Part shown: in pieces, positions 51,100-61,306 of the stretch
How the letters are laid out: every line of letters begins with the position of its first letter
How positions within the stretch are numbered: the stretch's first letter is position 1
Origin: Hydrolagus colliei
Taxonomy: Eukaryota
Length of the DNA stretch: 64,000 nucleotides
NCBI GenBank assembly: GCA_035084275.1
Contig: CM068756.1
Span: 8,122,001-8,186,000 of the forward strand
Direction: 5' to 3'
Program-made: the position numbers and the translations under genes
The notes under the pieces: model-generated
Databases searched by the model: none
Seen by the model: only the letters and a program-made list of their open reading frames with translations
Told to the model about the DNA's origin: nothing

Positions 51100-54000
51100 T
51101 GAAGGAACACATTCCTGACATGACGTCGCTATCGCTTAACAATGGACTGGAGAGATGCGGGCTTCCTATTGCCAAGAGTTATTAGAGTCACTCACTCACT
51201 CTCACTCACTCACTCACACACCCTTCTTCCAGTTGGTCTCCCAGCCAGGTTACTCGCTGGTGTTGTGGGTGTGTTGACGCCAGGGCGCTGGCTGTGGGGT
51301 GTGTGTGTGTGTGGGGGGGGGAGGGTTTGGGTGGCGTCGCTGAGAATTCCTTGTGCTTCCACAGGCTGTAGAACAACATTTGAATAGCAAAGCCATAGGC
51401 AGAGAGAGTGAGTGAGTGAGTGTGTGTGCGAGAGAGAGGCAGACAGATACACACACACACGCAAACACACACACACGAGGCGAGCTGCAACTCTCTGCAA
51501 ATGCGACCCATCTTTGAAAAATTAATAGCAATGCGACGAAAAAGGCTATTGTCACGCGTGGTGGGTGTTTTTTTTTAACCCCCACCCCCGAAAAAAACCA
51601 CTATTTTTGCCTTTTTTGAGCATTTCTTTTCGTCAAAATTTGAATCACACATTAAACCCCCCGCAAGCCAAGCTCGCTGTCTCTCTCCTACAATCTTTTC
51701 TTTATTCGGGCTGTCGTCTTCCCTCTCTTCCCCCCCCCCCCCCCCAACTCCTCTTTCCCACGACAAACTGTTAACACGTTCACTTAAAGAGATGATCCCA
51801 CGTAATACGCAAGTCACTCCGCTTTACAGTACATTCCGCGAAGCGCTTTGAGACGTCTCGAAGACTTGAATCATTATTATTAATTATTATTGTTGTTGTT
51901 GACGCTCATTCGTAATATCTCCCCCCCCCCCACCCCCAAAAAAAACAGTGACACCAGAGCGTAGAGGCAAATCAATAGTTGATGCATTCACGGGCAAAAT
52001 AGTCTTCAAGATATTTTGCAAGACAAGCGAAGCTTGTGCGTCGTTATTGTGTATAGTCTGTGATCTTTGAATTTGCCAATCCTCAAAAACAGATCCGGTT
52101 TGAGGCTCGGGTTGAGTCCCAAACCGAGAGGATCACCGGAGCAGTGAATCCCACACCGAGAACAATGCGAGTTGTTGGGTTTTTAATTGTCTTCTGACCT
52201 GAATCCTTTTTTTTTTGACGTGAAAAATATACAGTGAGACTTGTGTGTGTGTGTGTGTGTGTCCTCCCCCACCCCCACCCCCACCAAACCCATTCTCAAA
52301 ACTCTGGAACATGAAACACATGGTGTGACCGACGACTCCCATTTCGTTTTCGTTTCGATATTTTCTGAAAGTGTCGGTTCGCATTGGGAGAGATTGAAAT
52401 GATCCCGGCGTTTTACAGCGACCCTTAAATCGTCCTCCCATCGCAACCGAGAAGCTTTCAGCCAAACGCCACCACAGCCGGCTTAACGCCAAGTCAAGCA
52501 AAAATCCCGTACGGATCAATTTAATAATATTTTCGAGTGACGGTCACTGGATTGTGAACCTTTGATATACAAGGTTAAGGGTGACACCGAGTGTGCGGTC
52601 ATATCATCTTCATAATGTATCACATGCAGATCCCAGTCCGACTCCTTTCTGTACTTTAATCGGTTTTAAAAAGAAAACGAACTCGTGTAACTTGACGATT
52701 CTCTTTCGCGCAAGTTTTCTTTTTCTCTCCCCAAAAGTTGCTCAGATGCGACAATTTGGGGGGTTTTCTGAACGGCCCCCGGAAGAAGAACCTTTTTTTC
52801 CCCCCACCGAATAAGCGGAAACACGGGCGGGTGTATAAACCGGTCCGTTTGTTTCACACCTCGACCTGAAACGAACCGAGTTGTCACACGTGAAATGTAA
52901 ACACAAATAGCGATTTCAAAGGTCTCCACGTTAAAATGCCACGAAGTCATTCCATTGCTTGTGTGTGTGTGTGTGTGTGTGTGTGACACACTGGTTCGCT
53001 TGCAGAATCGTAGTTTTCATTCATAAGCACTCAGGTTAGCATCTTGCAAATTTGTTTTAATTCATTGGCTTTGCCCCCCCCCCCCCCCCCCCCACCCTTT
53101 GTACAGCGCTGATTGCTGTAACATTGGCAGTTTTAAACCCTGATGTGTCCTCCCTCCTGTGTAGGACTGTACCTATGTTTAACTTTCCAAATCCAATTCA
53201 CATTCCCCCAGTTACACTGGATCTAAAGGCTGTAATTAAGGTATTTTTGTGGGGAGGCGGTGGAATTAAACAGTCGTATAAGACTGACTGCCCATAGGCA
53301 ATTAACTGTGCAAATATATCCATAGTAGGCACACGATTTCTTTTTTTAAAAAAACCTTAAAGGCGACGATTTTGATTTGAGCAGCGAGGGGGACAAATTA
53401 TTTCGTATGCGATTTTGTTTTAAATTGTCTAAAATATTTCATCTGGAATTAAAATGTGAATTTGATTTTTTTTAATGAATTTTAAAATCCTGTAATCAAA
53501 ATACAAGTTATTTTTTCGGGGAAAAATTGTGGTGGTGGGGGGGGGGGGATACAATATTTTAAGATGCGCATGTGAGTTTGATGTGCGTATGTCAATCGAA
53601 TAAATCTTTATTTATATTGAAGTAGGCTCGATATTATTAAATAGTTGCCGCAAGACCCCGTTCAAACAACACTTCGCCGAACGGTTTATCGCAGTACAAC
53701 GTGGAAGCTGTTATTAGAGGCTGTGCAGTGTGTGTGTGTGTGTGAAAGGAGCTGTATGTTTATCAATGGGGATGTAATTCTTTTAAATTAAAAACTGAAA
53801 AAGCTTTGCATGCGTTTATGAGTAAAATACTTGACTTTTAACGGAAAACGCTTTTTTTTAATTAAAAAAAACTCCACGTTTCCAATTTTTTAAAACCAGT
53901 TTGGTGTAAGTATTTGTGTAAGTATAGATGCCGGAGTTGGAAATGAAACGCTCTCAAGACGAGATGTGCTGTTTTGTGCTGCATTTATATGGGAGCCACA

Positions 54001-57000
54001 TTAACAGATAAAATTGAACGCCTGATTTTTGTTAAAAAAACAACAGCAACAACTTGTAGATGCTAAGATGTGACAGCGTTTATATTTATATGCGCTCAAC
54101 TAGGCGGAATCCTTTCCACTTGCATCGAAGTTTCCTAAAGTTTCTTTTTTAAAAAAAAATTGACATGTTAAAAAAAATTGCCACCTTTCTGTCTTATTTG
54201 TCAACCTGCAAAAAAACTACAAACGAGGTGATGGGCAGAGAAACAGAATAAAGATCAAATACAACCATCTCTTATCTCAGCCTTTTTTTTTCTCTTTTTT
54301 TTAAAAAATGTCCCGAACTTCAGCTTGATTAGTGACTTTTTTTTCTGGTTTCCCCCGCTCACTTGATTTACAAAATAAATCATTTCAGCCCGAAGAGTTC
54401 CCCCCCCCCCCTTCATCTCTGGTTACACGTTTCCACGTTGGAAACTCAATAGCCCGAGCGGTTTATAGAAAGAAGCCAAAAAAAAAGGGGGTGAAGAGGG
54501 TTGATCTGAAGTTATGTTTTAAAGAATATACATAAATCAGCCTCTCCCCCCCCCCCCCCCCCACTCTCCCCCATTGATGGTTTATCTGCAGATAAACACG
54601 CCGGAAGCTCGATGCCTCCCATAGATAAACAAAAGTGTTCCGTTTAATCCCGATTGAGTGCCAGCGAGACAAAGGACGGAGGCAAAGCAAACCAGAGCCA
54701 TTTGCAAGGATCATTTAGCGTCTAGTCCTATAAATATTGGGGGAATTTGACTTGTTGTAAAACTCAGAGAGGATGCCGCGCTCGAATTAACAGTTCCTGC
54801 ATTACAGGAAGTGCAACGATGTGTAAAATTAAATGCAGCTGTCGGAACAGGCAAAAAAAAGATCACTTCAATAACAGAAATGTACTGTTCTCAAGGCAAA
54901 TACCTGCGGTTTCATTGGTATTAAGGGCTATGCGATCTTTATTAAGACTCATAGATCTTAAGGTCCAAGGGGGGACGACCGTGAGACAGTGTTTCTTGGG
55001 GGGAATGTAATAAAAGTCAAAGCACAATCGGGACAGGACTTCAGTGTTTATATCACCCAGTGTCCCTGCAAATGGCTGGCCTGTTAATAGGAAAGCAAAC
55101 ATGAAAATGTGGTATAGATTTTTAGCCTCATTAAGGAAGCGTTCACCATTTAGCGTCAATCAATTATAATCAAGACTAAAGACACATGGCATTATTATAA
55201 TATATATATACACACACACACACATATTGTGTGTGGAAATCACTGTGTGGGCGATGATGGGAGATGGGTGAACAGATTGCATTGGAATCAAAATCAACTT
55301 TGTTTTTTCAGCAAAATAAAGTTGATCTTCACAGGAAAACGCCAGTGAGAGACCTGGAGGAAATGGTAGGTCACTATTGCCACCTTATTATGCACTAATA
55401 ACAGGCTCATTTGAAGAAGGCTGCCATCGTCAATAAACAAATCCTAACGGCGGTAGTTTGCAGACCGATTTGACTGTAACCCGAGTTCACGAGTTAAAAA
55501 AACCCAGCGCGTCGATCCGTTTAGGTTTCTGGAGAGCTTTCCTTTCGAACCAACACAAACAATTATCTTGCCTAATGTGCTTAAAAACAAACCAGCCGAG
55601 TTTACTCCAGGTCTTCGAAGGTGACAGCCCGCAGAGCGAGGGTTCTGAACGTTTACAAGGTTCTGGTGCATTTTGCACTGGCAGGATTCACATACAGTAA
55701 GTAGTATATCCACACACTGTATTACAGCAATCACCACAGTGCTCCCTCCCTCCCTCGGCACACTTGGGCGATGCCCTCGGATGATACAACACACACACAC
55801 ACACATACATACATACACACCAACATGAATGGCAATCTACCGTCTCTGTGTGAAAATGCAAACTCTGCAAGCAATTAAAAACAAACCTCGATTAAACTTT
55901 TGTGTCGATGTAGCCCAAATACACCTCAGTAAACGGGCTGAATGCCAAATATCCCCCCCCCCCCCCACACACACACACCTAATACTTTCTAATTTGACTT
56001 TAAACCCTGTTTACTCGGGTAGAGGTTGACATGACATGGGAGGGGCTGGGGGGGGGGGGGTTAAGGAATGGCCTGGCTACTGTTGTGATATTCTGCAACA
56101 TGGGACAGTTTTGCCGACGTTAACACAATGTACAGGTTTCATTTAATTCAAGTAAGCCGTGCTGTAAATATATACTGTAACTTGACGCTTATTAAACCTT
56201 TGACGCTGTGGCTGAGGTGCAAGAGTGACAACGGATGTCAGTCGAATCACTCTCCACCACCTTCGTGACTTTCCTCGCTTGCTTGCGTCCTGTCATTTGG
56301 GGGGAGACTTTACTGTGATTTTGATATGATTACAAGGTCGTGGATTCCTTATTTGTGTGTTCTTCTGATGCTAAACTCGTAAAACCGTATTTATGCCAGA
56401 GTAGCCTGGGGGGTTGGGAGGGGGATGGGGGGGGGGGGGAAATCCCTTCCCAATGTAATATATTAAGATAAGATAGCCGAGTTCATTTTTTTAAAAAAAA
56501 AGCGCAGAAAAAGGTGGTAAATTTAAGAGTAACAATTACTTCACCGACGTGAGGGTTCATCCCAAATATACATCCATTCCAACAATGTGTTGACCACGTA
56601 GACAACACACACACACACATGTTAAGCAAATCATTTTAGGTGATAATTATTTTTTTTGTGGGGGAGGGTGGGAAATGCATTTGATATAATACATACATAC
56701 ACTCCCCTCCCCTCCCCCCCACCCCTCTCCCCAAGTACTGGATTCGACGCGATAACTAATTTCAGAGATAAGAGAAAACAAATATCCAGCACAAAAGCAA
56801 TTACCAGGACTACAGCCCAACTCCTCCCATCAATAGTGACTGTGAAGGACGGAAGGAGTCTGATCTAATCGATACTGTAATTAAAGATCCTATGAAGCGA
56901 CCAGAGAGTGAAGAGCGCACGGAAGAATTTATAATCCTGTCCCTGTGAGCACTTTATGAAGGAAAATCATTGGGAAAAGCTCCCACTGTCTCCTCCGATG

Positions 57001-57700
57001 TCAATACTGCGCGGACGGCGAAGCGGGGAGACAGCTGGAAAAGGCCGTCAATAAGACCCTCCTCGCCTTCTCTTTGCTGGAAACAGCAGGAATTATTCTT
57101 CGGCGGAAAAAGGGGGGGGGCGTTTGGCGAAAGGAATCTGTCCCAATTCTCACCACGACCCCCTCCCCCACCCCCACCCCCCCACTAGCAGGAGGCAGCG
57201 AATAGACCTCAAATCAATCGGGTCAATATTAAAACGCAGTTTGATTAAGTTGCCAAGCAGCCCACACACTCTAGCCTCTCACAGCGCTCGTGAAAAGGGC
57301 CGCCTCCAACTTATTGATACGCAAAATATTTTGTTTGTGTTGTCAAATGGACGTGCAATTCAGATCTCTTAATACAAGCGTGGGGAGGTCCAACAGTGTG
57401 CAAGATGCAGCAGCATTTTCCTGTTGGGAGGGAGCGGGGTGGGGTGGGGGAGGTAAACAGGAAATGCTTTACACTTCCCACACATTGTGTTTCGAGTCTG
57501 CCATCCAGACGTTTAGATTAAAGATAACTCTGGCTGGCTAAGAATATTAACATTGGCGTATATCGACTAACCACGTTGCTTCCAGATCTAACTTTATGGA
57601 CCATATGCATTGAGTAACGGATGTAAAAATAAATTTATTCCAAATGTATGGCACTTGTTGCCGCCTCTTACGAAGTTATATAAGACTTCACAAGTGTCTA
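51100..57700. promoter_or_regulatory. CpG-rich, transposon-poor domain (probable non-methylated island) downstream of SALL1
   Basis: Hand count of about 27 CpG in 52081-52560 versus about 4 in 13201-13680; many (CA)n and poly-C/G runs; only one short SINE tail seen (~51822-51900). Confidence 0.65.
57634..57639 (-). terminator. Distal poly(A) signal AATAAA
   Basis: tttatt on the plus strand, inside the palindrome AATAAATTTATT (57628-57639). Confidence 0.55.
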
Positions 57701-57846
57701 CCAAATAATTCTTCCCAAATATGGAAAGCGTTTGGAGATATTGTAATAGAAGCTAATGTGATGCAATTCTAAACAGGATATACTCGTTGGTGAGTGGAGT
57801 CCTAGGAATCAGTGAATTTGGAGACTAGTTTCCTGATTAAAACACA

Positions 57847-57852
57847 TTTATT
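57847..57852 (-). terminator. Proximal poly(A) signal AATAAA
   Basis: tttatt on the plus strand; U-rich upstream context on the mRNA strand. Confidence 0.6.
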
Positions 57853-59204
57853 TTCAAAAATAAATTATATAAACTCTTGCAACTGGAAACTTACCTTTCA
57901 AGCCTCGGTTCACCTATCGAAGCTTGAATACAGTTTACATCTACAAAGCTACTGCAGGAGACTCAAAAGGGAGTATATATAAGGAGAGAAAGTAAAAACA
58001 CACGCATGAAGGGTGGCTGTTGCAAAACTCATGTATTTGATTAAATGAGTAAGAATTACAGTACCTCAGCTGTTAGTAGGTATTAAATTTTTAGTGAAAC
58101 TGGATTGTTTCTTCCAGCTTTCCAAGAAAGTGCATATATCAGTCACAAGGTTTTTTTTTCCATACCTAATACAAAATTATTACACAATAAAACACTATCT
58201 CTCGTCTGTAGGTGAAGATGAAGCCTCGTCTTAAGCAACGTACCGGTACAGTATATACATTAATGATTTCCCTAAACAGATGTCATTATGAGATATGTAT
58301 ACATATATATATATATAATGTATATATATATACACAGACACACACACACACAAGACAATCTACATAGCTTCATATTACTCCCTTCAAAGTTGTTCAAAAG
58401 ATGCATTTATGTAGCAGCAATGTGAAAGTCCAGCACATTTTTCTTCTTCTATACTAAATATACCTATGGGGCAGAAATCTTTTTTTAATTTTATTTTAAG
58501 GTACAATAACAGGCGTTTCCCTCTATGACCATCGTGCTCATTTTTTTTACTCAACTCATCAATATCTCTGGATGACGCAAGTAAAAAGCACAATACAAAG
58601 AACCATTTAAAAACAAAAAGAAATGTTAAACCTACAAAAAAAAAGCTTTTTGCAATCTCACATGATGTTAAAAACAGTAAAAGGTAAACTGTCCACAGAA
58701 CAATGGGATCAACATTCAGTTCCAAGTCTGCAATTTACAGTTTCTCCTTGTTAATGGAAGGTATGACTGAACACACGACTGCTGGTGAATACCCCCAGCA
58801 GAATTACCAAAACTTTACATTATATACAGAACTTTCTTAGGGATCAAATGGTTTCTGAGGCATTGCATCAACACCAATCATGTTAAAACTAGTTTACTCA
58901 CAAATCATAAAATAAGTTAATGCCAGGGCCAAAATCACCTAACAGATCTGCAAATGCTGGAAACCTTACAACATATTTAAAGCACTCTAGTCCATTAGTA
59001 TATTGGTCAAGATGCCGGAGACCAGTAGTTTACACTTGCAATCGTTTTGCAAAGCAAGGTTATCACTAATAAATAAGTTTTTTTCATACAACACTAAAAG
59101 TTAGGCATTGTACAAAATGTGTTCTCACAACACTTTGGTCCATTGGCCTTGAAAGACGCCCCCAGATTGCTTCCATTGTTGGGAATGTTCGCTGTCGCTT
59201 TAGT

Positions 59205-59639
59205 TTACGATATAATTTCTTTGTCATCTTCCACAAAATGGGTAAACCTGTGGTTTGTTCCGTTCTCAGTGGTTTGCATTTTCTCCAGACCAGCTAGAGG
59301 CGCATTGGGTTCAGTACTGTTAAGCTTTTCCATGCTTCCCGTTAAACCACTGATGGGTGAACTGGCTCCGTTGCCAAGGCTGGCGATATTTGGAGGAAGC
59401 CCACCATTCTGAATCACTGAAATCTCATTGGTCTTCATTGCTAAGCCATTCGTTAGTGCAGCTGCATACTGGTTCCAAAACGAAGAGTCTCCATCACGAG
59501 CCCTAAAAGCCAAATCCTTCTGAAACATTTCTGTGAATTTAACAGGATTCCCTCCGAGGAATGCCATGGGCCCATCCACCGAAAGACGCCTCCCTCGCCT
59601 TGCAGGAGCACTGTTCCACATGTGGGTCCCCATATGAAC
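59205..59639 (-). CDS. SALL1: SALL1 last coding exon (144 aa + TAA)
   Basis: Acceptor TTTTTGTATTGCAG|GTT (AG at 59641-59640). It encodes [25 protein letters not shown]...FWNQYAAAL...[10 protein letters not shown], completing the last zinc finger in frame with the upstream exon. Confidence 0.96.
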   Translation of the reverse strand, partial: VHMGTHMWNSAPARRGRRLSVDGPMAFLGGNPVKFTEMFQKDLAFRARDGDSSFWNQYAAALTNGLAMKTNEISVIQNGGLPPNIASLGNGASSPISGLTGSMEKLNSTEPNAPLAGLEKMQTTENGTNHRFTHFVEDDKEIIS

Positions 59640-60546
59640 CTGCAATACAAAAATTAGCAGGCTAAGTAAGGTCAAGCAAATGTATTCGATTCCTTGTACA
59701 CATTTCATGATCTTCACAAGTAATAATCCTTTCTAGCGATGCATGGAGCTGCGGGACGATAAACATGAACTACTCGGACTGCTCTGCTCTGTTTCTTTAT
59801 GATAACCCATATTACATCTGACATCACTAACTCTACAAATAAACATTCTTTTCAGGCTGGGGATAAAATATCCTTTACTTGTCAATCTGATTGCTCATCA
59901 GAGAGAACTGTCCATAGAGAAGCCGCTGAAGGTTATTATTCCTCTCATATTACTAGAGTGATCCCAAGAGAAATATTTAGTCAGACGAAATCTACACACA
60001 TTTAGAGTCCTCAACATCTCCCTTAAATTAAGCTCCAAGCAGAAGTACATTTCATTTTCTGTAGGTCATGTTTATACGTGTTCAAGTTACTCCATTATCT
60101 ACAATAAGAGATCCATTCAGTTCTTGGGAATAAAATAGATCTATTATTGATTAAATGATGAATAAAAGCTGCAGGGCTTCATTGTATTATTAATTATATA
60201 TGCAATTTAGATTTGTTTTTCTAAGAAAATAACTTCCATTTTGAATGTTCTCATATGTGCACAATTATTTTGTCGTCCTACTTTGGCATTTTTTTTTATT
60301 TCCCAATTCCCAAGTGCTCATTGTTATAAGCTAGGCAGGTCAGTATGTGTATGAATATACAGAATCTCCAAATACATTCATCAGGGCCCATTCCTTCCAT
60401 CAACTCATAAAGAGGCAAAATCATTACAGGTAGAGAGGGGGAACAGGAAGCGAGAGGAGGGAATCTGCATCTGGACATCATTTGAGAAAGCCTTAGAATT
60501 CAACCTCAAGATTTCCAGTCAAGAGAACCTTAGAACTTAACATTAA

Positions 60547-60695
60547 TATTAATAATAATAATCCTTGCATTTGATATAGCACTTTTCACATCTTCTAGGC
60601 ATCTCAAAGCGCTTCACAGAATATACTGTAAAGGGAATTGACTGTATATTTTGTGGGTGAACATTATAGATATCAAGAGTAATTTTCCACAAACG
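60547..60695 (-). mobile_element. SINE 3' fragment in SALL1 intron
   Basis: aataataataatccttgcatttgatatagcacttttcacatcttctaggcatctcaaagcgcttcacagaatatactg. Confidence 0.88.
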
Positions 60696-61007
60696 TGACA
60701 AATTAAGAATATGGCAAAGCCTGTTGTTCAGAGTTGACCTATTGCTGTGTGCAAAGGACATTTGTGTATTGGCTAATTATTCACTAACTGGCCTCAAATC
60801 AGCTTAGTATCATATTATTTATTTTACTGTCCTGGGTATTTATTATTCATTCCAATTTACTTCAAATGCCACTATAGTATATTATAATGCTCTTGCACAA
60901 CTTCTAATGGAAGGGCACTTTCTTTATGTAGCATTTTTCCCATGCAATCTAGAGAGCACGCAATTTTTTTACCCTGCATCTATATGTTGCTTAAATGGAT
61001 CCAACTA

Positions 61008-61094
61008 TAATTGCTTATAGTTGCTCTAGCGCCTTGGGACGTCCTCCCGACGTGAAAGGCGCTATATAAATGTAAATTGTTGTTGTTGTTGTTG
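61008..61094 (+). mobile_element. Young, extremely 5'-truncated L2 insertion with 23-bp TSD in SALL1 intron
   Basis: Intact 3' stem-loop plus (TTG)n tail; tgttgcttaaatggatccaacta repeated at 60985-61007 and 61090-61112. Confidence 0.88.
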
Positions 61095-61306
61095 CTTAAA
61101 TGGATCCAACTAAAAGCAAAACTAACATTGAATTAAATCTATTAAGACAAGTGCAACCATTGAATTTGCTTGCATTCTCTCCCCACTTCCTCCACCATGT
61201 TTAAAATCTTGAGAATTTAAATAAATACCACACTTATGTTTCAGATTGAGTTTGCGTGATTTAAATGAACTCAAGAAGTTTTGATACTATGATCTGGGAA
61301 AAGTAC

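Larger units (their letters stand above)
57610..59204 (-). other. SALL1: SALL1 3'UTR (3' end approximate)
   Basis: Follows the TAA stop; U-rich on the minus strand, no interspersed repeats seen, ends near two AATAAA signals. Confidence 0.75.
59640..61306 (-). other. SALL1: SALL1 last intron (GT-AG, 1667 bp)
   Basis: Splicing joins GNLK to VHMGTH and restores the final C2H2 finger; this intron position is conserved in vertebrate SALL genes. Confidence 0.93.

Noticed and set aside
45-58725. The many 60-140 aa ORFs in the track as genes
   Set aside because: No recognisable domains or codon-like composition; many span microsatellites or repeats; expected by chance in vertebrate non-coding DNA.
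59640-59717. Annotated start of the 170-aa ORF
   Set aside because: This part is intronic; homology begins at the acceptor (59639).
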